Part shown: piece by piece, positions 9,305 to 18,464 of the stretch
How the letters are laid out: every line of letters starts with the position of its first letter
Position numbering within the stretch: position 1 is the first letter of the stretch
Assembly (NCBI GenBank): GCA_947053455.1
Contig: CAMRSV010000006.1
Location: 1 to 36,186 of the forward strand
Direction: 5' to 3'
Source of the DNA: an uncultured Alphaproteobacteria bacterium
GTDB lineage: Bacteria; Pseudomonadota; Alphaproteobacteria; Rs-D84
DNA length: 36,186 nt
Made by a program: the position numbers and the translations under genes
Notes under the pieces: generated by a model
Databases searched by the model: none
What the model was told of the DNA's origin: nothing
What the model saw: only the letters and a program-made list of their open reading frames with translations

Positions 9305-10951
9305 ATGTTTTATAAATACTTATTGGCCATACTGTTTGCCACCCATTGCATAACCGCCCACGGTGGCGTCGGTTCAATTGATGAACGAAAATATGTTGAT
9401 TGGAATTCTTATCCATATAATCAAATTGTGTATTTTTTTACACGAGAATATGGCACCTGTACCGCCCAATATGTTGCAAAAGATATAATTCTAACTGCGC
9501 GTCACTGCATTACAAAAGACACAGACTTTGACAACAACAAGCATATTGGTGAATTGTTCACAATAAAACTGCACGACGGGCGAAAAACACAAATTAAACT
9601 GGAAAAATACGGTCATGACTTTGCATCCGACGACTGGGCCTTGCTACGTGTCAAGGATACGAATTTTTTCAGCAATAACGCGTTCACGGTATCCAGCCAA
9701 TCCAAGATATTGACCGTCACCAATGCCGGCTTCGGCTATATGCGAATACTAAAAGACAACGAAATAAAAAAACTAAAACAAATTTTTAAGAAAAACGCAA
9801 AACAACACGGCCTATCTAAAACCAACTTTTTGAACCTGATAGTGCCAAGCGTGCAAGATACCAAGGCGAACGGAATACCACCGCTTATTGATTGGACAGA
9901 TGAAACAACACAATGCCTAACGGGTGCCAATCCCGATGATTGCACCCTGGAGTATAAACTGAAGGCACATATAGACTGCAAACTTATAGAAATAGATTCA
10001 AAGGATAAAATAATCAGCAGTGACTGTGATGCAATGCAGGGAAATTCCGGCGGTCCATATTTTGCAAATAACACCATATACGGCATCGTCAGCCGCGGTC
10101 GCGACAGTTTTAAGGACACGCGATATGGCAACGAATTAGCAGTCACCCCGAGTTTAATCTGGAAAAACCTGCAAAATATACTGTTGGAAAACACAAATAC
10201 CATTCAAACAATTCAGGTGACCGAAACGTCCGACATAAGCGAACAAGAATTACATCGTCGTGAACACGATTTAACCGAACGCGCAAAAAATATCGACGAC
10301 CAGTCCGACAAGGAATTTTTCTATTTTCTATCCGATGCGACCGAATACGTGGCATTGCAAAAACAATATGAACGCGCCAAGGCGCGGGAACAATCACTGG
10401 GGAACAGGCTGCTGGGGGCGTTGGCGATTGGCGCCGCGGGCATCGGCGGTCAAATGCTAATGCAGGGGCGTGCCGAACAACAGGCCGATGCGGCCGCTGA
10501 ATCCGACATGCGCGCATATATTGAAACATTTCGATGCGATTTCGGTGTGGGGCGCAATATTCGCGGCGGCACGGAAAAAATAGAACTGCCCGGTGGAAAT
10601 ACGCTGACGCAACAAAAAGCGGAATATATAAATTTGGCCAAACGCATACAAGAGGCAAAGGCTGCATTAGACATGGCGCCGGGAATAGAATCTGAATTAG
10701 TATTGGACGCGGCAAATTCCGGATTGTACGACAATGAAAGCCTGGGCCGAACGGGTGGGGCGTACACATCCGTATCACGGGCCCTGATGGACAAGGACAG
10801 TACTGATGCCGCCACGTTCACGGAACAAAAAAGCGCGGCAAAAAAGAAGGCAACAACAGGCGCAATTGTCGGCGGCGTCGGCGTTATCGGCGGTGCGGTT
10901 GGAAACATGATTATAAACCGCGATAAAGATAAAAGCGAAAGCCAAAAATAA
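9305..10951 (+). CDS. Secreted trypsin-like serine protease with C-terminal coiled-coil/glycine-rich hydrophobic domain
   Basis: Signal peptide; CTA...ILTARHC (His), DWALL (Asp), GNSGGP (Ser); Gly-rich hydrophobic segments LLGALAIGAAGIGG and GAIVGGVGVIGGAVG. Confidence 0.85.
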   Translation: MFYKYLLAILFATHCITAHGGVGSIDERKYVDWNSYPYNQIVYFFTREYGTCTAQYVAKDIILTARHCITKDTDFDNNKHIGELFTIKLHDGRKTQIKLEKYGHDFASDDWALLRVKDTNFFSNNAFTVSSQSKILTVTNAGFGYMRILKDNEIKKLKQIFKKNAKQHGLSKTNFLNLIVPSVQDTKANGIPPLIDWTDETTQCLTGANPDDCTLEYKLKAHIDCKLIEIDSKDKIISSDCDAMQGNSGGPYFANNTIYGIVSRGRDSFKDTRYGNELAVTPSLIWKNLQNILLENTNTIQTIQVTETSDISEQELHRREHDLTERAKNIDDQSDKEFFYFLSDATEYVALQKQYERAKAREQSLGNRLLGALAIGAAGIGGQMLMQGRAEQQADAAAESDMRAYIETFRCDFGVGRNIRGGTEKIELPGGNTLTQQKAEYINLAKRIQEAKAALDMAPGIESELVLDAANSGLYDNESLGRTGGAYTSVSRALMDKDSTDAATFTEQKSAAKKKATTGAIVGGVGVIGGAVGNMIINRDKDKSESQK

Positions 10952-11051
10952 ATACGGTATTATTTTACCATATGGATTTTTCTTGACTTTTCTGCCGGGT
11001 TCCGTAATAATATGCACGCTTTAATAAAAAACAAACCAAGGAAAAAACAAA

Positions 11052-11525
11052 ATGGCAGCGACAAAATCGTTAAAAAAATGCGAATTGGACGCCAAATGGT
11101 ATCTGATTGACGCAACCGATTGCACACTGGGTCGTTTGGCGGCATATACTGCGAACATCCTGCGTGGCAAGCATAAGCCAACCTGGACACCGAACATGGA
11201 TTGCGGTGACCATGTTATCATCATCAACGCGGACAAGGTTGCATTGTCCGGACGCAAGGCGGAAAAGACAAAGTTCTTCTGGCACTCGCTGTGGACAGGT
11301 TCTTTGAAAGAACGCACATTGGGTCAGATGCGCAATGAAAAACCAGAAAAGTTGGTTTTCAACGCGGTAAAGCGCATGATGGGTCGCCGCACTGCGGTTG
11401 CCTTGGCAAACCAGAGACTGACAAAACTGCACGTATATGCGGGTGCAGAACACAAACACGAAGCCCAGAAACCGGTCGTCATCGATTTCGCAGGCTTGAA
11501 CCGTAAAAATAAAAGGGGCGAATAA
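11052..11525 (+). CDS. rplM: 50S ribosomal protein L13
   Basis: WYLIDA..LGRLA...[21 protein letters not shown]. Confidence 0.98.
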   Translation: MAATKSLKKCELDAKWYLIDATDCTLGRLAAYTANILRGKHKPTWTPNMDCGDHVIIINADKVALSGRKAEKTKFFWHSLWTGSLKERTLGQMRNEKPEKLVFNAVKRMMGRRTAVALANQRLTKLHVYAGAEHKHEAQKPVVIDFAGLNRKNKRGE

Positions 11526-12004
11526 TGACAGAAGCCAAAAAAACAACGACCGCAAAAAAAGCGGCACCGGCAAAAAAGGCCGCCGTTAAAAAGGCTCCGG
11601 TTGCATCTGTAAAACTGACCGGCGCAACATACGCCACCGGCAAGCGCAAGGATTCCGTTGCACGTGTTTATCTGATGCCGGGCAAGGGCAACATCATCGT
11701 CAACGACACACCGATGACTGAATATTTCCGTCGTCCGGTACTACAAATGATTATTGCACAGCCGTTTGGTGTTACAAAACGCGAAGGTGCATACGACGTT
11801 CACGTTATGGTAATGGGCGGTGGTCTGTCGGGTCAGGCGGGTGCCGTTAAACATGGTATATCCAAAGCCTTGGAAAAGGCCGAACCGGAATTGCGCGCAG
11901 CGTTAAAGGCGGCGGGATTCCTGACACGCGACAGCCGTGTTGTAGAACGTAAACACTACGGTTTCCGAAAGGCACGTCGTTCAACACAGTTCAGCAAACG
12001 TTAA
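11525..12004 (+). CDS. rpsI: 30S ribosomal protein S9
   Basis: [37 protein letters not shown]. Confidence 0.98.
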   Translation: MTEAKKTTTAKKAAPAKKAAVKKAPVASVKLTGATYATGKRKDSVARVYLMPGKGNIIVNDTPMTEYFRRPVLQMIIAQPFGVTKREGAYDVHVMVMGGGLSGQAGAVKHGISKALEKAEPELRAALKAAGFLTRDSRVVERKHYGFRKARRSTQFSKR

Positions 12005-12030
12005 TCAAACATCGTCTGCATACGAACAAG

Positions 12031-12056
12031 AAAATCCCGCCCAATGGCGGGATTTT
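12031..12056 (+). terminator. rplM-rpsI terminator
   Basis: AAAATCCCGCC-CAAT-GGCGGGATTTT. Confidence 0.8.
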
Positions 12057-12082
12057 AATTATTGAATAAATAATTTTCCCGC

Positions 12083-12111
12083 TTGCATTTACGCGCGGGT
12101 TCATTTATAAT
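12083..12111 (+). promoter_or_regulatory. sigma70 promoter of tRNA-Ser
   Basis: TTGCAT-N17-TATAAT. Confidence 0.75.
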
Positions 12112-12128
12112 AAGCCACGCAACCACGC

Positions 12129-12217
12129 GGAGCGTTGGCAGAGTGGTAATGCAGCAGATTGCTAATCTGTGACCGGTTTATGTCGGTCCATAGGTTCGAG
12201 TCCTATACGCTCCGCCA
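12129..12217 (+). tRNA. tRNA-Ser(GCT)
   Basis: Acceptor GGAGCGT/ACGCTCC, discriminator G + CCA, anticodon arm GCAGA-TTGCTAA-TCTGT, long variable arm, GGTTCGAG T-loop. Confidence 0.95.
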
Positions 12218-12320
12218 TTTTTTATTCCCCAATGTTTTTTATTTGTATTGCCTGTGTCACGCACGATTACTATAAAACACAAGACAGTTCATGAAATAGA
12301 GACCGTGCCTGTGTGACAGA

Positions 12321-12698
12321 TTATTGATAACTTTTTTGAAACATTTGCGCCAAATGTTCATAGTATGCACAATTTTCCCTTAAAATTCGTTGATGTCGTG
12401 CTTCAAGACGCGCTTTATAACTGGCCAATTTACGACGATAAAATTTATATCCATATTCTAAATCAAATGATTTGAACACAACGGTTTCAAACTCTTCGTC
12501 GATACATGTTACCCCCTTGGTTCCTAAAACGGGTACTTTATACACAACCTCTATCATCAATTCGCCGGCCTTGTATAAATGTCTATCGCGCCATTCAACC
12601 CGTTGCTTTAATGATAACTGTCTATAAAACAATTCATGATTTGACCTTACATGCCATACAAAATATATTGGCCGAGAATCTTTAGTGGGTATGCTCAT
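12321..12698 (-). CDS. Hypothetical protein (orphan)
   Basis: 125-aa AT-rich ORF with AAGGG RBS, filling the tRNA-Ser/cysS gap. Confidence 0.6.
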   Translation of the reverse strand: MSIPTKDSRPIYFVWHVRSNHELFYRQLSLKQRVEWRDRHLYKAGELMIEVVYKVPVLGTKGVTCIDEEFETVVFKSFDLEYGYKFYRRKLASYKARLEARHQRILRENCAYYEHLAQMFQKSYQ

Positions 12699-12761
12699 TT
12701 TTCCCTTCTTATATCTGTTATATCTAAATATTTAACACAAATATTGTGTATTGCCGGGCAC

Positions 12762-12790
12762 TTGACTTTATTGGCCGCATTTGTGATAAT
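12762..12790 (+). promoter_or_regulatory. Putative cysS promoter
   Basis: TTGACT-N17-GATAAT. Confidence 0.6.
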
Positions 12791-12818
12791 ATTTTACAAA
12801 GTCAAAGGGAAATCCGTT

Positions 12819-14246
12819 ATGCAAATAAAATTATTCAACACCATGAGCCGTAAAGTCGAAGAATTTAAGCCCATTACCCCCGGGCATGTCGGTTTTTATT
12901 CGTGCGGCCCTACGGTATATCACTTTGCACACATTGGAAATCTGCGCAGTTTCGTGTTGGCGGATTTGTTGAAAAGAATGTTTATTGAAAACGGATTTGA
13001 TGTCACAAATGTAATGAACATAACTGACGTAGGCCATTTGACCAGTGACGATGACGATTCCGGCGAAGACAAAATGGAAAAGGGCGCCGCCCGTGACAAC
13101 AAATCCGTATGGGATATTGCAAAATTTTATACAGACGAATTTCTGCGCGATAGTTTTGATATGAATTTATTGGAACCAACGCACCGCCCACGCGCAACAG
13201 ATTATATCAAAGAACAAATTGATTTAGTAAAAAAGTTGGAAGAACTGGGTTATACCTACGAAATACCAAATGACGGAATTTATTACGACACATCAAAGTT
13301 TGCAGGATACGGCGCATTAACCGGCGGGGCGCTGTCCGGCAACCGTGCGGGGGCGCGTGTTGAATTTAATGACGCCAAACGCAATCCAACGGATTTTGCG
13401 TTGTGGAAATTTTCACCGCGTGACAAAAAGCGCCAAATGGAATGGAACAGCCCCTGGGGCCTGGGATTCCCGGGCTGGCACGCGGAATGCAGCGCGATGA
13501 GCATGGCGTTGCTGGGTGACCACTTTGACATTCATACGGGGGGCATCGACCTGTCACGTGTGCATCACGCAAATGAAATCGCACAATCAGAACCAATTAC
13601 CGGCGAACCATGGGTGAACTATTGGGTACATTCCGAATTCTTGGTCGATAAAAGCGGCGATAAAATGTCAAAATCCGCCGGGGAATTTTTAACATTGACT
13701 GTATTGAAAAACCGCGGTTATGACCCGATGGCATATCGATATATGTTATTGCTGGGGCATTATCAGTCACAGCTAGCGTTTTCATGGGACGCGTTGGAAT
13801 CCGCATCAAACGGATATAAAAACATCGTACGTCGCGTGGCGGATTTAATTGATGCGGCGGCGGACAGCGCAGTTGACGATGCACAATACACCGCGTGGCA
13901 TGATAAAATATTGGGTGTGGTGTCGGACAACCTAAAAACGGCCGAGGCATTGGTCATGGTTCAGGAATTGTTAAAAGACACAACCATCAACGCCGCAACA
14001 AAAATAAAACTGTTTGAATTTATTGACCGCCTGTTGGGACTGCAATTCATACCGCGTGCAAACGCATTACGCGAACTGGAAAACGCGGCCGTACCCACCG
14101 AAATTCAGACCTTGGCGGATGCGCGCACCGCGGCCAAGACCGCAAAAGATTGGGCACGCGCCGACGAAATACGCGCCCAAATTGACGCGGCGGGTTGGTC
14201 AATTGTCGACACAAAGGACGGCGTAAAAATCGTTAAAAAGGCATAA
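12819..14246 (+). CDS. cysS: Cysteine--tRNA ligase
   Basis: YSCGPTVY..AHIGN, DFALWK, PGWHAECSAM, HH.NE, KMSKS; start moved to the ATG at 12819. Confidence 0.97.
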   Translation: MQIKLFNTMSRKVEEFKPITPGHVGFYSCGPTVYHFAHIGNLRSFVLADLLKRMFIENGFDVTNVMNITDVGHLTSDDDDSGEDKMEKGAARDNKSVWDIAKFYTDEFLRDSFDMNLLEPTHRPRATDYIKEQIDLVKKLEELGYTYEIPNDGIYYDTSKFAGYGALTGGALSGNRAGARVEFNDAKRNPTDFALWKFSPRDKKRQMEWNSPWGLGFPGWHAECSAMSMALLGDHFDIHTGGIDLSRVHHANEIAQSEPITGEPWVNYWVHSEFLVDKSGDKMSKSAGEFLTLTVLKNRGYDPMAYRYMLLLGHYQSQLAFSWDALESASNGYKNIVRRVADLIDAAADSAVDDAQYTAWHDKILGVVSDNLKTAEALVMVQELLKDTTINAATKIKLFEFIDRLLGLQFIPRANALRELENAAVPTEIQTLADARTAAKTAKDWARADEIRAQIDAAGWSIVDTKDGVKIVKKA

Positions 14247-14359
14247 TTTGCGCCATCTGCCTAAAATGCCCGGAAATTCTGGGCGTTATTTTTATAAAAA
14301 TATCTTGAATTTGGGCGCCTTTTGATGTATATTTTCCCCCAGAATCAAGAGGAATATTC

Positions 14360-14878
14360 ATGAATTACCCATATATGCCCAAATCCACCGCGCTTTGGTT
14401 GATTGAAAACACTGCATTGACATTTGAACAAATCGCAGATTTTTGCGGCCTGCATGAATTGGAGGTAAAAAATATCGCCGATGCCGAAACATACAAGATT
14501 CAGGGTTTGAACCCAATCTTGAACGGACAGGTTACACGCGAGGATATTGAAGAATGCGAGGCAGATTCTACAAAACGCCTGACGCTGCGCGAAAACATCG
14601 TAAACGCACAAAAGGCACAGAACAAAAAGGGTGTCGGATATACGCCGAAACTGCACCGCCAAAACAGACTGGGCGGCATTTTGTGGATTATAAAAAATTA
14701 TCCGGAATTGTCCGACGGCCAGATTGCACGCCTGATGCGCAGCACAAATCCGACGGTTGCATCCGTTCGCAACAAGACGCACAAGTCTTATTCAATCATT
14801 CAAATCCAAAGCCCGATTGTACTTGGACTGGTTTCGGAATCCGCACTGCACGAAGCAATTGCAAAGGCAAAAAAATAA
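14360..14878 (+). CDS. trcR: DUF1013 family cell-cycle transcriptional regulator TrcR
   Basis: MPKSTALWLIENTALTFEQIADFCGLHELEV and GYTP...RQ...I.W..KNYPELSDGQI signatures; promoter TTGAAT-N17-TATATT at 14305-14333. Confidence 0.88.
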   Translation: MNYPYMPKSTALWLIENTALTFEQIADFCGLHELEVKNIADAETYKIQGLNPILNGQVTREDIEECEADSTKRLTLRENIVNAQKAQNKKGVGYTPKLHRQNRLGGILWIIKNYPELSDGQIARLMRSTNPTVASVRNKTHKSYSIIQIQSPIVLGLVSESALHEAIAKAKK

Positions 14879-14910
14879 TTTAACAAACTTTATACCCCGG
14901 GGTTTGATTT

Positions 14911-16998
14911 ATGGCAAAAAAACTGGACGAGGCGACAAAACTCCTGATTGAGTCTTTGCCGGAAAATTTACAGAAACTTGCAACAACGGCGATGGATGTC
15001 GGTTATATGTCGCAGATGGACTTTGCAACCGCCACCGAAGCGGACGAGGTTCCGGAATCAGAACAGGCCGAAGTTTTGGATTTCTTTCAACAGGATTTGG
15101 GATTGGAAATTTTGGAAACGGACAATTTCGCCCAATCGATGGAAAAATACTATGATGATGATTCCGATGAACCGCGCGACAAAACCCGCAACCTGTTGAA
15201 CGCAGACGCAGAACAAGTTGATGTAAACGACGATGACTATGAACACTATGCCAAGCAATTGGAGCGCAGCCAGACAGGGAACCTAGTGCTGGGGGTTCAG
15301 GATTCCGTACAGTCATATCTGAAACAAATCGGTACGGTACAGTTACTGACCGCTGCCGGCGAGGTTGCCATTGCCCAACGCATCGAGGCGGCGTCAAGGC
15401 TGATGGTATACGGTCTGTGCGAAAGCCCAATGACAATTCAGGCAATGCTGGATTGGTATCAGCAATTATTAAACGAAGATATTCGTCTGCGCTATATCGT
15501 AAATCTAGAAGTAATGTATTCGTCCGACGCGGAACAAAAATCGTTGGCCGCGCTGTCCGAGGCATTGAAATCCAAGGGGGTAGAGCACGTCGACGAATTG
15601 GACGACGAAGATTTGGACGATTTGGCTGAATCTGCCGCCGAAGCAGAAGAAGACGATGACGAAGAAGATACGGATGAAGAAGACGGCATAAAAAAAGAAG
15701 ACACACCACGTGGAACATCGGGTGTTCCAATTCCTGTAATGGAAGAATCATTGATGCCGATGATTACCGAACTGTTTGCGAAAATAAAACGCATATTCAA
15801 CAGCATGCAAAAATTGCAGGCCAAGCGTTTGGAAAATTTGCTGACATCGGCCAAACCGGACGAAGCGTTGGAAAAGAAATACACGAAAATGCGCCTGGAA
15901 TTGTTCGAACACGTCAGCAAGATTCGCCTTAACGATGACAGAAACGCAGAAATTCTGGAACAGTTGACCAAGCGTGACCAATTGCTGATGGGGCTGGAAG
16001 GTAAATTGTTGCGTCTGGCGATGGCCAACAAGATTAAGCGCGAAGAGTTTCTGGCCGAGTATACGGGTAATGAACTGAACCGTAACTGGGTAAAAAAACT
16101 GCAGAAACACAAAAACCAAGCGTGGGTAAACTTTGCAAAAAAGCACGAAAAAGATATCCAAAAAATCCAAGAGGATATTACGGCAATCGCATTTGAAACG
16201 GGGCAGCCTACCGCAGAATACAAAAAGGTTGTGGAACTGGTTCGCCGCGGCCAGACCGAAGCTGCCCGCGCAAAGCGCGAAATGATAGAGGCTAACCTGC
16301 GTCTGGTTATAAAATTTGCCAAAAAGTCCAGCAACCGTGGTTTGGGATTGGATTTCTCGGACTTGGTTCAGGATGGAAACATAGGCCTAATGAAGGCAGT
16401 TGATAAGTTTGATTATCGTCTGGGGAACAAATTCTCGACCTATGCGACAAACTGGATTCAGCAGGGCATATCGCGCAGCATTGCCGATCAGGCACGCACA
16501 ATCCGCATTCCGGTGCACATGATTGACAACATTCACAAAATTCAACGTGCATCGCGTCAATTCATGCATAAATATGGTCGTCAGCCCACCGCCGAGGAAT
16601 TGTCCAAAATCATCTATCTGCCGGTGGACAAGATTCACAAGGCGATGAAGGTGAATCTAAAACCAATCTCGCTAGAGGCACCGGTCGGCACCGAAGACGA
16701 CAGTTCGCGCATCGAAATTATTGCAGATGAAACGGCGAAAAACCCATTTGTATCTGCCGCGCAAAAGAATCTGCGCAAAATAGTGACACAAATCCTGTCG
16801 GAACTGGATCCCAAGGAGGAAACCGTCCTGCGCCAGAGATTTGGTATGTCAACAAACAAAACCAGCACCCTGGAGGAGGTTGGCGAATACATCGGCGTTA
16901 CCCGTGAACGTATCCGCCAGATAGAGCAAAAGGCGCTAAACAAGTTAAAACATCCCACGCGTGCGCGCAAACTGCGCAGTTTCTTGGAGGATGATTAA
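14911..16998 (+). CDS. rpoD: RNA polymerase primary sigma factor RpoD (sigma70)
   Basis: Region 1.2 D.V..YL..IG...LL...GE, long non-conserved region, EANLRLV, GLMKAVDKF, RTIRIPVHM, TLEEVG...VTRERIRQIE. Confidence 0.95.
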   Translation: MAKKLDEATKLLIESLPENLQKLATTAMDVGYMSQMDFATATEADEVPESEQAEVLDFFQQDLGLEILETDNFAQSMEKYYDDDSDEPRDKTRNLLNADAEQVDVNDDDYEHYAKQLERSQTGNLVLGVQDSVQSYLKQIGTVQLLTAAGEVAIAQRIEAASRLMVYGLCESPMTIQAMLDWYQQLLNEDIRLRYIVNLEVMYSSDAEQKSLAALSEALKSKGVEHVDELDDEDLDDLAESAAEAEEDDDEEDTDEEDGIKKEDTPRGTSGVPIPVMEESLMPMITELFAKIKRIFNSMQKLQAKRLENLLTSAKPDEALEKKYTKMRLELFEHVSKIRLNDDRNAEILEQLTKRDQLLMGLEGKLLRLAMANKIKREEFLAEYTGNELNRNWVKKLQKHKNQAWVNFAKKHEKDIQKIQEDITAIAFETGQPTAEYKKVVELVRRGQTEAARAKREMIEANLRLVIKFAKKSSNRGLGLDFSDLVQDGNIGLMKAVDKFDYRLGNKFSTYATNWIQQGISRSIADQARTIRIPVHMIDNIHKIQRASRQFMHKYGRQPTAEELSKIIYLPVDKIHKAMKVNLKPISLEAPVGTEDDSSRIEIIADETAKNPFVSAAQKNLRKIVTQILSELDPKEETVLRQRFGMSTNKTSTLEEVGEYIGVTRERIRQIEQKALNKLKHPTRARKLRSFLEDD

Positions 16999-17046
16999 TT
17001 ATCGCCGCCCGGGTTTCCGGGCGCGCTTTATAACCGGGGGTAAAAT

Positions 17047-17745
17047 ATGAATACAGGAAAACTGATTGCGGTTGAAGGTGCCGACAAGGCCGGCAAACAC
17101 ACACAGGTAATGAAAATTGTTGAATATCTGCGTGGGTGCGGTATTGCCGCAGAAACACTTGATTTTCCACAATATAACTCATACTTTGGGCGCTTTATCA
17201 AGGATTACTTAAACGGCAAATTCGGCCCAACGCGGCAATTGCCGGCGGAATTTACTATGTTTCCATATGCACTTGACCGCCAAGCGCACATGCCAAAAAT
17301 CCACAAATGGTTAAATGACGGGAAATGGGTTGTGCTGGATAGGTACACGTACAGCAATTCTTTTTCCGTTGCAAAATGTGACGAACGCGAATGGGCGCAA
17401 AAAATCCAGTTTATGGAAGAAACAGAATTTAATCATATGGGCATAATTCGTCCGGATTATAACATCTACCTGTACCTGGATCCGCGCATATCATACCAAA
17501 TGCGGAATCAGGGGCTAAAAGCCTATCAAAACGGCCGCCCGGATATACATGAAAGTGATTTCCAATTACTATATGACGTGTCGCGGGTATATCGTAAAAT
17601 CGCATCCATGAATCCAAACAAATGGACAATTGTCGATGAAATGAAACCGAACGGTGAACGCATGACAATTGATGAAGTGTTTGAAAAACTGAAACTGGTT
17701 ATTGATGACATGGTTATAAAGCATAACATGCGTACCGGGAAATAG
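17047..17745 (+). CDS. tmk: Thymidylate kinase
   Basis: EGADKAGKHTQ P-loop, FP.Y, YALDR, VLDRY..SN, PD..IYL. Confidence 0.85.
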   Translation: MNTGKLIAVEGADKAGKHTQVMKIVEYLRGCGIAAETLDFPQYNSYFGRFIKDYLNGKFGPTRQLPAEFTMFPYALDRQAHMPKIHKWLNDGKWVVLDRYTYSNSFSVAKCDEREWAQKIQFMEETEFNHMGIIRPDYNIYLYLDPRISYQMRNQGLKAYQNGRPDIHESDFQLLYDVSRVYRKIASMNPNKWTIVDEMKPNGERMTIDEVFEKLKLVIDDMVIKHNMRTGK

Positions 17746-17840
17746 GACACAAAACCGACAGATTTTTTCTAAATCTTATTTAATTTACAAAATTGCCACA
17801 CCACTATCATGGCTTACAATGAAACAATCCAGTAAATTAT

Positions 17841-17868
17841 TTGCATCCGTTAATTTTTATGATACAAT
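17841..17868 (+). promoter_or_regulatory. Putative sigma70 promoter of structured leader copy B
   Basis: TTGCAT-N16-TACAAT with extended TG. Confidence 0.6.
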
Positions 17869-17874
17869 GCACAT

Positions 17875-18045
17875 CGCAAAGGGAAACCGGCGCATGGGTA
17901 TGATAACCCATCCAACGTGTCAGAAGTGACATTAAACACAAAAACTCCATTGGTTGGAGGGTCGTGAATATATTGAATAAGCGACACTATCGTTGGTAGT
18001 TATCATCCTCCAGCCGTTTGGTTTTTCCAGACGGTTTTGTTTTTT
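17875..18045 (+). ncRNA. Structured leader RNA copy B (C4/CI-antisense-like attenuator)
   Basis: Key ATGATAAC (17900-17907) is complementary to GTTATCAT (17999-18006); closing stem GGTTGGAGG/CCTCCAGCC; inner GTCG/CGAC and ACTATC/GGTAGT; terminator CCGTTTGG/CCAGACGG+T-tract. Confidence 0.75.
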
Positions 18046-18067
18046 AACCAAACAAATGGAGTATAAA

Positions 18068-18427
18068 ATGACAGAAAGTAAATCACGGCAAATTCGTGAA
18101 AAAATTGTTCGTTCAACATATGGCACCACCAAAACCGTTGGTGATATGATAAAGCAGGCGCGGATAGCATTGGGGCTGTCACGTACATATGTTGCATATC
18201 GTATGGGTGTTGGCGTTGGAACATGGCACGCATATGAATACGATAAACTGGTTGTGCCATCACATATTCTGATAAAACTGTTTATGTTCGGGTTTGATTT
18301 TTTCTATCCATATCCGTTGCGATTTACGGATTTGGAAACGCCACCCGTTGTTGGCGAATATATCCCGAAAAAACTAAATAACAAAACACAGCCGCCTCAA
18401 CCGCCCCGTCACAATACTAATGCTTAA
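18068..18427 (+). CDS. XRE/Cro-family helix-turn-helix protein
   Basis: GDMIKQARIALGLSRTYVAYRMGVGVGTWHAYE XRE pattern; GGAG RBS at 18058-18061. Confidence 0.8.
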   Translation: MTESKSRQIREKIVRSTYGTTKTVGDMIKQARIALGLSRTYVAYRMGVGVGTWHAYEYDKLVVPSHILIKLFMFGFDFFYPYPLRFTDLETPPVVGEYIPKKLNNKTQPPQPPRHNTNA

Positions 18428-18430
18428 TAC

Positions 18431-18464
18431 AAATAAAAATCCCCCATTCGGGGGATTTTTATTT
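18431..18464. terminator. Bidirectional intrinsic terminator
   Basis: AAATAAAAATCCCCC-ATTC-GGGGGATTTTTATTT between convergent genes. Confidence 0.85.

Noticed and set aside
14909-16334. Long antisense ORFs (280 aa) opposite rpoD and similar shadow ORFs elsewhere
   Set aside because: Fully overlap well-supported genes and show no motifs or RBS; typical shadow frames
17932-18132. Similar minus-strand ORFs at 17932-18132 and 34195-34473 (shared ILYSICLVKKQNRLEKPNGWR)
   Set aside because: The similarity is just the antisense translation of the 64-nt identical terminator/RBS block. Variation elsewhere follows RNA pairing, not codons.
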